DNA of 64,000 nt from Squalus acanthias. Taxonomy: Eukaryota. The notes under the pieces were generated by a model, which saw only the letters and a list, made by a program, of their open reading frames with translations, did not search any database and was not told where the DNA came from. The translations under genes and the position numbers were made by a program. Shown in pieces: positions 51,071-61,671 of this stretch; within the stretch, counting starts at the first letter, position 1, and each line of letters starts with the position of its first letter. The DNA lies in the NCBI GenBank assembly GCA_030390025.1, contig CM059438.1, positions 79,918,001 to 79,982,000 of the forward strand. The letters are read 5' to 3'.

Positions 51071-51170
51071 CCGTTCTGATGAAAGGTCACTGGCCTGAAA
51101 CGTTAACTCGGTTTCTCTCTCCACAATGCTGCCTGACCTGCTGAGTATTTCCAGCATTTTTTGTTTTTAA
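51071..51170 (+). mobile_element. Single-arm Penelope-like element beginning at the hammerhead motif
   Basis: GUU CUGAUGA A AGGUC ACU GGCCU GAA ACGU U AAC (51073-51107) followed by the family arm. TSD TTCAA(C/A)ATGAAT at 51059-51070 and 51171-51182. Confidence 0.8.
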
Positions 51171-51980
51171 TTCAAAATGAATACTTCTGCTGGTAATTAT
51201 AGCTCAAGAGCTACGAGCGATTCCACAGCAATCTGAGCAAGAAAATAGTGGTCGCAAAGTATTAAACCTGGCTGGGTTTGTAAGTTTGATAACAGTCGCT
51301 AGTTAATCTTCAAGCAGCCAATGCCACGTGTAGTCGTCAGGTTAAGTGGGATTAGCGACCGAAATTCTCTGCAGTACATGCCGAGGAGTTGGGAGATGCA
51401 AATTCAAGGTGTGACGACACAAACAATGGTGAGAGGGTGTCATTACAGCAGGACAAGTTTACATAGGCAGTGTCCATTATCGATGCAGACATAGGAATTT
51501 ATAATGGAAAATGCTGCATGCACAGATCAAGATTTATTTATATAAATAATAATGTGGCATATATGTGTGAGGATGTCGGATAAGGGCAGGTTGAAGTTGC
51601 TCTTTGATGCTGCTGATTCCTCTCTCTCCCGCTTTATAACCTTCCAACATTCAAACTCAAAGAATGGCCATTTAGGTAGCATACCAGAGGACTGTCTATG
51701 TAACTGGACCACAGTTGGGAGTTATTTTAAAAACATCTCAGTAACGGCTATAGTTCCATCATCTAATGAACTGTACAACCATTAATCCTTAATCTGTTTC
51801 TCAAAGTGTCATTAAGTAAAGCTCAATATTACATTGCGTTAAGTCGAGACTGATAGATATTAGAGAGCACTCTGTGGCCAAACTCTGACAGTCAGCTGTG
51901 TGCTTGCACGCCGCAAAATAGAACCCTGCTTCAAAATGAGATTCAAACTAAAACAGTTGAATGGCTGGGGTAAGTATGTA

Positions 51981-52399
51981 CAGGAAACTTTTGTTTATCC
52001 GGCATCGACGGGACCGGCGTGGTGCCGGTTTATCGAAAGTACCGGATAACAGAGAGTTACATCTACCGAGGCTATTTTTAACAAAGAGACTCCAGGCAGC
52101 ACGGGAGAATCAACTCCTGCTACTGCAGTGTTTCGGACTTCCGACAACGCCAGGAGGCCGAGTAGTGGCACTTTTGAAAAGTACCCCTACTGACTAAATC
52201 GGCGTTCGCGGACTCGGACTCGGGATCAGCAACATTGCCGGTTATTTGAGAGGATTTTTCGGAGCACTCGGCGTTCGCGGAGACTCGACTGCGACTCGGC
52301 AACATTGCCGGTTATTTGAGAGGAGTTTTTGGAGGATGATTTTTGCCGGTTAAGCGAGAATTCCGGATATTTGGGTGCCGGATAAACGAAAGTTTCCTG
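51981..52399. mobile_element. Tc1/mariner (pogo/Tigger-like) MITE
   Basis: 24-bp TIRs CAGGAAACTTT(T/C)GTTTATCCGGCA with TA on both sides. CpG-rich, with an internal ~55-70-bp tandem duplication (52200-52325). Confidence 0.9.
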
Positions 52400-52531
52400 T
52401 ACATTCTTTCAGTCCCAAACTGACCACTGGGCCAGGGCCTCAAATTGAACTTGCAGAACTACTGGACCGCCTCTCAGTTCACACTGCAGTAAAAATTTAT
52501 TGGCTCAGCAACGTAATCAAACCTAAAGACT

Positions 52532-52670
52532 CGAGTTCGGGCGAAAGGTCATCGAACTGAAACGTTAGTCCTATGTCACTCTCACCACAGATGCTGCCTG
52601 GCCTGCTGAGTGTTCCCAGCATTTTCTGTTTTCATTTCAAATTTCCAGAATCTGCAGTCTTTTGCTTGTT
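52532..52670 (+). mobile_element. Decayed single-arm Penelope-like element
   Basis: gagttcgggcgaaaggtcatcgaactgaaacgttag...cacagatgctgcctggcctgctgag...; the core has mutated to CGGGCGA. Confidence 0.75.
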
Positions 52671-53233
52671 GCTAAAATCTTGCTCACCTTGCTTCGTACA
52701 CAGGTGTTTCTTGGAGTGGGTTCCCTGAATTTCTGCATAAGAATACATTTACTGATCCATCATTTAAAAGCAGGGGTTTTGCAGCAACATGTGTGTGTTC
52801 TCTTGTGCTTAGATAAGCACGAGAGTTTGCATACAGTTGAGAATTAAAACTAGGCTGTGGTCAAAGGAAAGATCACACCCCGGTTTTGGTTATGTCCATT
52901 TTCCCATAGAATGAAAAGCACTGTCTTGTACAGGAAAACTGGGCACTGTGGGTATGTGAACTGCTCAAACATATCCTGGCTTGAAAACATCCTGAACCAG
53001 CCCACAGGGAATAATTATTTTATCCAAAAGTATTTTGCCTTCGATAGCAAATTTTACAACAGAATTCACATTTGTGTGTTAAAACTTTTTTATAGAATGG
53101 AACAATGGCAAGAAATTTACTTCAGCCAACATTAGACAATTCACACGCACACAGCCAGTAGTACTTGAAAAGAATACAAGATGGCCCTAAATGCTTTGCT
53201 GTAGGCAGTACAGACCAAGTGGTGTTATGAAAG

Positions 53234-53606
53234 GACTAGAGGATGGACATGCTGGGGACACACTGCTTCCATTTTTGTAATGGAGTGTGTGTCTGCAAAT
53301 CTTTTTGTAGGTAGGCACTCAACCACAGAGAGTAAGTAAATCTGCTCTCAACATGCTTGGGATCATCCACTAGTGTTTCCTGAAGTGAAGCAAGACCGAG
53401 GCGAAGTAATTATTGACAAAATTGACTAACCGTTTAAGAAATATTTTGTAAATAATTATTTCTCATCAGGAAACACTAGTGGATTCACTTGAGCCTGTAG
53501 AATGCAGAATGCAGAATTATTTCTTTCTGCAGCTGAATAATACCCTCCATTACTGAGACAGCAGCGGTATGCTTTCTCTTGAGGGTCATACATTTACCCT
53601 CTAGTC
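53234..53606. repeat. Ancient ~370-bp imperfect palindrome
   Basis: Perfect 19-bp inverted pair ATCCACTAGTGTTTCCTGA (53365-53383 / 53466-53484), an inner 18/20 pair (53403-53422 / 53443-53462), and outer pairs gtaatggag/ctccattac and gactagagg/cctctagtc. Confidence 0.75.
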
Positions 53607-56344
53607 TACTTAAATCTATGATGCAAAGCAAAATTAAAGCTGCAGCCTGGAGAGGACAGATTTTGCTCTCTGTTAGAGTTTGAATCAGCCCACTTCATAC
53701 TGTTCACATGGTTCCAACTAATGCAGAACAAGTGCTAATGTTATAAAAATCAAAATATCAACTCCACAACATCAATGAGGTAAATGACAGAGCATTAACA
53801 CATCAATGAAGTAGTAACACACACCTTATCATTAGTACAGTCATTCTCATTCTTTTTTTATATTTCACATGCCAATCACAACTCAGCAGCAGGATCTTTA
53901 CTTCATCCCAGGTTTGAAAAAAGATAGCAAAAGTTTGCATGGAATCGAGATTTAGAGTCTGAAACAATGTCCTTAAATATGCTGAATAGAAAAAATATTT
54001 ATTGCTGGTAGTGTAATTATAGGATTATTCAGTGAAACAGGGACAACATTTTTTTTCCCCAGCCCTGTTACTTCATCATTCCGATGTCCCAATATCAACA
54101 AGGAGCCTATATTGATTGCATTAGAGTAATCAGAAAAATAACTACAAATTGCCTATATGTGACAATGTTATGAATTTCAAAAAATACTTAAAATAAGACT
54201 ACTGTAAATTCTATTTGAAAGAATTGCGTCTCAGTTCACAATCACACAGAACAGGGAGATACTGTATAGGATGAGCATGAGAAATACTGCTCAACACATT
54301 GCAGATTTTGTATTCAAGATATCAAAAGCACAGTTTTACCTTTATCTCACTTATAGCTTGGAATTATTTTTTTTACCAATGGGTATCTAGATTAAACATA
54401 ATTTGGACCTTTTGCAATTATCTGCTTTTAATTAGGAACATTTCAGAGTCTTTGATGGTTTTGCATTTGAATCAAATCAATCTGTATTAACTACTTATCT
54501 CAGATTTTACTATAACTGCAGTACCTCTCCTCTCAATTATTTTCTTCCATTTTTACAGCTGAAACCTTTCTATTCCCCCCATTTCTTTGAGCGGTGAAAA
54601 GTTACAGCTCCAATTTTTGTGCAAACAATAAATGTTAATAAGGGCATGGATAATAATGTAGATTCGCTCGTGTACAGCGTGCTAGGTAAACATTTAACTC
54701 CAACAATGAAGAGACTTGCTGGCCACCATCAGAAAACCAGCATACACAGCTTTGATATTGGTAAACCACATAATCTCATTGCTCAATTTCATGGAGTTTT
54801 AGCCAAACAAGTGCTTCTAAAGGACTGCACTGCAGGCTTGGCTAGATTCGAATCTGAGTCGCAACCTGACGCGATTTTCCAGCTGACAGGATGGGAATAC
54901 GCCACAAAACAGCGCATCAGCAAGGTACTTAAGCATTGCTCTTTTACATGTTCTGGAGCCGCATTCCGCTGCATGAACACTGTTCCTTATTAGACCTCTT
55001 CAGATTGAAGGTATCTGAATTAACTTTCCATTTTAGCAGCTGTCATTTCTGCAGAACCGCCTAACAGTGCATGTAGTGCCTTTTTAAAAAATATTTTAAC
55101 TTTACCTGTGTTACTCTACTTCAAAACTAAGGGTAAAATGGGCTTATGCTTCTGAGCCAAACAACATAAATTGCAGAAGCTGTATAACCTTGATTAAAAA
55201 CGGAAAGCAATCCAATATAAAAGTATTCGATTTAAGATCAGACATTTAAATTGGACTATCACTCTTCCATAAACTGATCTCCTGAAGGCAGTACATAAAA
55301 CCTACAAAATCAATTAACAGCGTTACACAAAGTTTCTTTTGTCCGTTTTGAAAAATCTAGTTTTATGAGGGCCGGCAAATTTGGAAAGTTTCCAAACAAG
55401 GGTGGAAAATTTTATGGACTTAAAAAAAAAAAATCTCAAAACAGTAAAGACTGAATTCAATTTCTCTACCAACTTAACCAAATTGCTTTCTCATCATCAT
55501 CCTCTGACAATTTTTAACATCTTAAGTGAATTGAAATACACTCCACCCTCATTATAAAACCAGGCCCTGGGAGACATTCTACGTGTTATAATAAGATGCA
55601 TGTTACAATGAATGCTATATAATGCAGCCCACAGTGTATCATAAAATTAATCAGGATCCAAGGTCCAGCAGCCTCATAACAGAGTCCTCTGAGGGTAGAT
55701 TCATTGCATGATATTGTAAAACTGTTTATGCTTGTGAGAACAATATTTTCGTGCTTTTCACGGTGTGACCCAACCAACAAAAATACGATCACATATACTG
55801 TATACGTAGCTTGTAGGTGGCAGAATGTATGAAGCCATTTTAAATATTCCGATGCTTCCCATTCCAACTGAAATGTATTAGAACAGAAATGTTGTATTCC
55901 AATTAATAAACTGTGGGGAAGTACCTCATCTCCAACGTAGCATCTCCCACTGATGATCCAGCCAGACTGTAAATGATCAAGGTGAAGGGAGAAATCCTTT
56001 CTTACACACACACCTGCAGTTACTTCCACTATCTTTAAGGACAAAGATCAAATGCCAAGCGTTGACATTCTGAGATATGTCCTTCGGGTCCATGTACTAG
56101 ATATGCAGTGTGTTGCTCTGTAATAGTCCCATACACGTTATTTTACAAATCTAATGATGGAGAACAAGTTTTGCAAGCACTCCACAAACCCACTGTTTGT
56201 ACCTGGACAGACCTGGTACTGCCACACTTCAAACTCACCCGAATGAAATGAAGTTCACCAAACAGCATCCTTGGTCTGTCTCCTTTCCAAAGAAGTCAGA
56301 TATTCACTTGTTGGCAACACCCCAAAGACTATCAAATCACAAGA

Positions 56345-56920
56345 CAAGTACAGATAAGGAAGGCAATTTAGCCTATCCAATCTTTTCCATCAGGAAAACC
56401 TATAATCTCACATCCCTCAATTAAAACATCCAACTGACTCAATCAAAGGTTGTTGTCTCTACTAATTTACACTGAAGTTCATTCCATGTGTTGATCACAC
56501 CTGTACAAACAACTACCCAGAACAGTCCTAAATTTGTCTTTTACCATTTTGATCCTGTGCCTCCTTGTCCTACTGAGTTTCAAATTGAAGTCGTGTTCGG
56601 AATTTGTCTTTTCTACATCATTTACTATCTTGTAGACTTTGGTGAGGTCTCCTCTCAACTGCCTCCTTTCAAGGCTGAAAAGCCTACGTTTCTCAAGTCT
56701 TTCCTCATACCTTAATATCCTGGTGCTAGGGATTAGCTTGTGCCTCTTCTCTGCACTGCCCCAAGGCTTGAATGCATCTCAGTGGCAAAAACTGGACCCA
56801 GTACACAAGGCATGATCTGACCACACCACTGTTTAGTTTAGCATGTCCTCCAACTTACACTCTATTGATTTAACAATATAGTTTATAGTCTTCTATTTGC
56901 TTTGCTGATTGTTACTCCAC
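56345..56920 (-). mobile_element. Old CR1 LINE 3' fragment
   Basis: ttcaaggctgaaaagccta...tcaagtctttcctcata...ctcttctctgcactgcc...aactggacccagtac is the reverse complement of the QFW / AVQRR / YEERL..LGFSL region. Confidence 0.65.
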
Positions 56921-57452
56921 AGTGACTGAATCTAGCCCCGCCCCTCCCAAGGGCAGCGATGCTTACAGGGTACACAGCTCAGGAAATTTTAAGTATGCAG
57001 ACCATGATTTTCCATTCATTAATTTTAATGGACGGAAAATCATGGACTATGCGCCTGTGTTTTCACAAAATGGTATGCCTGAAGGTGCTGTTCTCCACAA
57101 GATTGCAAAATCACCCGTTAAATTCAGAGTCTACCAACACGACAAAGTCTCCCTCAACTTCACCCTTGGCTATTACAACAATATTCAGAGTATGTATGTT
57201 GTCAATTTTTTTTCCAATGTGCAAAATCTCTACATTAGTAAAAGCTAGAATAAGCACAATGATCTCAACAGGATATTCATTCTGAACTAGATCAAAACCT
57301 TTTAATCATGAAAAAGAGCAGAGGATGCCAACAACCTCAATCCTCATGCATAGTTTTTAGCTATTTCAGGTAACTTGCCTTGTATAGTTAACTGTAGTCG
57401 TCTGGTAGTATTCTCTGACTATATATGCTGTGCCCATATGTATTTCTTCACT

Positions 57453-57489
57453 TCACCTGACGAAGGAGCAGCGCTCCGAAAGCTTGTGA
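57453..57489 (+). ncRNA. Minimal type I hammerhead ribozyme motif with all core nucleotides intact
   Basis: UCAC CUGACGA A GGAGC AGC GCUCC GAA AGCU U GUGA: stem I UCAC/GUGA, perfect stem II GGAGC/GCUCC, and palindromic AGCU in place of stem III. Confidence 0.78.
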
Positions 57490-57545
57490 TTTCAAATAAA
57501 GCTGTTGGACTATAACCTGGTGTTGTGCAACTTCTCACTTTTGTA
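57453..57545 (+). mobile_element. Short pseudo-LTR of a second Penelope-like family
   Basis: Hammerhead motif followed by tttcaAATAAAgctgttggactataacctggtgttgtg...cactttgt; unrelated to the first family outside the ribozyme core. Confidence 0.7.
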
Positions 57546-60357
57546 TAGTGAGGGAAGAGTAGAAACAACATGAATGTCCAGGTTATCTGAAGCCAGCAGG
57601 GCTCCAGTGATAAGATTCTCTAATCCCTGATGTCATATTCCCTAGAGACAAAGAATCAGTCTTACTGTAATTTGGGTTGTAGCCCAAGACTTTACTATAA
57701 CATATTTGGAAGTGAAACATACAGTGCATTATCCACGTACTATCACCACACTGTTTCAAGTCTCTGCCCAACACTCGTTACAAAACAAAGGTGGAGAGGT
57801 GATGGGGGAACATCCCAGTGTTGTAGCTCTTGGAGAAAGAACAGGGGAATTCCCATCCCACAGATGCACATTCTAGTCTGTCGTTCATCAGAAAAGATTT
57901 TTGAACAATGTCTCCAAATTTGCCTTTTTTAGCACCTAGCAAGAACAGTGAGGCCACTTCACAAAAACTAAGATACTGCAGATCATATTAAGCAAGCCAT
58001 ATGCATAATCAATCTTCTACTTGTTCCTAAGAAAACTAGTTTGATCCCAGTGGATATTCGTGGCAACATCGATAAATTTGACTAACAAATTTAAAATTCT
58101 GTTTTTAGTAGAAAAACAAAACGATATGGAATGCAAATTAAGATCATTATTCTTTTCTTTAGAAGCACCGAAACTGACATTTTGCAGTGCTCCGGTTCAA
58201 AAGTGTGGCATATCACTAGTGAAAAGGGGATACCAGTTCAAGAAACTGGGTTTTTAAAATAATCTGATTAGGTAGTCATTATTCCACAGATTCTTCACAT
58301 AGCATCGACTTAACAACAACAGCAGCAGCAGCATGCATTTATATAGTACCTTTAATGTAGAAAACAGTGCTTTTCTCATTAGCTGCCTGGCCACTGTACT
58401 TGCATGACACTTCCGTTTTATCTAGAAGTATATTATCTCCAGAAGTTGCTTAGTGTCAGAAGAGCACAGCTTTTGGTCATATTCAAATAATCATAATTTA
58501 TCAAGGGTCTTTAGAGTTTCCTTCTAATTTAGCCATTTTACATTCATGATCTCATTGTGCCAGGAACGGTTTCCTTTTATTGGTCTCAAAAGCTAGTATT
58601 TTCATCCAAGGTCTTGTAATCTCAGTACGGTTACTCATAGAGGAGTGATGTTTGACATAATTTGCAAAATGTGGTGTAAGTTTGATTCCTAGCAGTTTTC
58701 TTTCTGGTATTCCCGGACTCCCAACCACCCACTCTAGTCCCTAACCCCAGCATGAAGCAGACCACCCCTTCCCCTTCTGCGACTCCCTCCCACACAGCAA
58801 CCCCAGAACCTAAGTTTACCCCCCTCATCCCCATCCCGAGCACAGAGTATCTCTCACCCACACAGGTGGCCCCACCCTGCCTTGGTACATCCTGCATTCC
58901 CTGGTCTTCAACAAAGGTAATATATAGATGATCAAAGGGGTGTGTGTGTGAAAGCCAGAGAGATGAGGTTGAGGTAAGAAAAAAAGTTATGAAAAAAGTG
59001 AAGAGTGCAAAAAACTATTGAAGACAGATAGAGATAACAATGAGAAAAGGGTTAGAGAACCACACAGATAAATACTATATAAAAGGAGAGAACAAAAGAA
59101 CGAACAAAAGAGACATGAAAAAATTAGAGAGTGGGAAAGAGGCAAAGAATATTCATTTTTCCCCATCAGTAAACACAAGGGGAGCTCAACAATTAATATC
59201 AGAATTTATATCAAGCAAACACCAAGGACTGTATAACTGTCTGAGATGTTTGATATTCTATCCAAAAAGGTAAGTATATACTGTAGTAACATTTCTTGAC
59301 AATGTGCTAAAAATGCAATGCTTATTTTTGCTGAGCAACTTGTTTTCAGCACTTTACAGATTTGTAAAATCAGAACTGAATCCCATTCATGTTCCAGAGC
59401 TACTGCAGTCCTGTGGCCCTTAGAATCAAAGTATTCAAGCTTTTAAAATAATTACATTGCTGTCAATTATCCACTAAGTATTTTGTGTATAGTTCAATAC
59501 TCTATTTCTGTTTTTCAATCCATAGATTTCCTCTTAAAACCATCTAATACTTTCTTTGCCATAAAACTTCCATATCAAAAAATAATTCCTCAAATAAACC
59601 TAGAGGAAAGCTCAATTAATATTTCTAAGGTTGGGTATGATCAGACTGCAAATTAAGCAGACAAAAACAAAGGAAAGTGATTTTTTTTTCCCCCAGAGGG
59701 AAATAGTGCTACCACAGAAGTGATTTACTTGCCAAAAAAGCTATTACCACTCAAACTCGCTTTTGCATTGATATGCCATTTCAAGGGCTACTGATTTAGT
59801 GACTGAATAAGTCAAATTCTATTTTTGTTACATGAGATTTCTGATTCTTTTTCTAAACCAGTCTTTCGGGATTGTATGCCACCACTCCATTTATGTTTCC
59901 ACAAAACACACACATCAGTGGCTTTGGACATGACCTTTGCTTGCACAGAGATTAATACTTTTAATAATTCTACTTGGAATCCAATTAGTATTTTATAGCA
60001 AATAGATAGCTGGTTTTGAAGTATGCACGGTCTTGTTTACAATAGCTTTTTGACAATGGCACTTTGCAAATTTGGTCATTAAAAATAAACAATGGTGGAA
60101 TCATTAACTCACTCAGAGGCTTCAGAATATGGTCTAACATTAACTTCTTTGTAACTGTGCAACGCGCCTGCAATTCTCCGATATGTGCTGGTTGCATGCA
60201 AGGCCTCAACATCCACATGGTGTCAAAATTTGCCCTATAGAAGTCACAACCTATGGTTTACACAAGGTAATGATATTATGTGAGGTTCATTTCGAAAGAC
60301 ATCATTCTGTTTTTCTACTCTCACAGTGCAAGTAGTGGCTATGAACACCTGTAGGGA

Positions 60358-60725
60358 TAGGGTTGCCCACCCTCTAGGAATGCCCTGGAGCCTCATCTCC
60401 AGGACACTGCTGGGAGAAACCCAGGAGAAAAATCATTGGGGCAATAAAAATTGATGGGTTTTTTTTTTAAATTAAATTTTCTTTGAACACTTATGTTTAC
60501 TGGTTATAAAAATATTGGACATGGGGGAAAAAATTGCTGTTTGACTGACAGTCAAGAATCATCCAATTGGATAATTCGCTTTCCAACTGGTGTGGCAAGG
60601 CGCTGCGCTATGAAGACGGGCATGTCGGGAGACCAATGGCAGGAGTGTGGGGGCGGGGCGGTTGGAGGTAGGCTGTCATGTGAAAAAACCTCCAGGAATA
60701 TGTGCAACCAGAGTTGGCAACCCCA
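60358..60725. mobile_element. hAT-type MITE, old
   Basis: TIRs TAGGGTTGCC / GGCAACCCCA, subterminal ctccagga motifs, and 8-bp flanks TGTAGGGA / TGAAGGCA (6/8 match). Confidence 0.65.
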
Positions 60726-60955
60726 TGAAGGCAGAGTTTGGCAATCCTGCAATGAGAATTTATGAAGCTAGAATCCTAGGAATAGGAGATACCAGGGGTT
60801 CAATATTGAAAAAAAATTGTGGACACCTGAAGTAAATCTTATATTCTCATTTTATCTACTATACAGTACCAAATGCTTGCAGACCGCAACCTGAGGTTTA
60901 AAGCTTCAACACGTCATTGTAAAGTGCACCCTGAAATCTCAAAGTCAAAAATATT

Positions 60956-61671
60956 GGCCCAGAATTTGCGGTTGTAATGACAGCAAAACTGTCAGCGCTC
61001 GCCGTCATTACAACTGTGAAACCGACAGTAACTTCTGCCGTCCGTACATGCGCAGTTAAACGCGGAAATCCAGAAGTGGCTGTCAAGTCATTCCCTGCTC
61101 CTCCACAGGGTGCGCTGTTGAACTCCCCGCAGCCGGCAACCAATTGAAATCACTGAACTGATGAGAACTTCACTTTTACACTCCAATATCGTCGATAAAA
61201 AAAAACACTAAAAAGTTAAGCTTTGCTCAATGAGGTTTTTAACAGCGTACTGAGTCATAACTACTACTGAACAACCGTTCTGGCCCAGAAAAACTAATTT
61301 TCTATTTGTGGAATGTCAAGTTTTTCCATTATGATAAAAATTCCATGGTTTTAAAATATTTTTTTAAGTTTGTTTATGATATATTTCAGCTTCTACCTTA
61401 CTCCCATGTGTATGCCCAATCTGTATTTCGCTCTCTGTAAAATGATTTAAAAAGTGAAGGATAATCAGTGCATTTTACTTCCTGGTTTGCCGTCTATGAA
61501 AAGTCTTTAATAAAATTGGCTGCTTAGCCAGCTTGATGGCATCGCTATTGTTATACGCTGGGGATTGCCTAGACTTGGCCCTAGAATCAAAGTAACGTTG
61601 GGAGAGATCACCAAATATTTGTGGGCAGCGGCGAGCGCCATCACTTCACCGCTGACTGCAAAATCCAGGCC
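60956..61671. mobile_element. Non-autonomous PIF/Harbinger-like MITE
   Basis: TIRs GGCCCAGAATTTGCGGT / ACTGCAAAATCCAGGCC (13/17 match) and a 3-bp TSD ATT on both sides. Confidence 0.8.

Noticed and set aside
55586-56044. 152-aa minus-strand ORF (also the 165-aa ORF at 29838 and 124-aa ORF at 54619)
   Set aside because: No recognisable motifs or splice context; ORFs of this length are expected by chance in intronic or decayed-repeat DNA.
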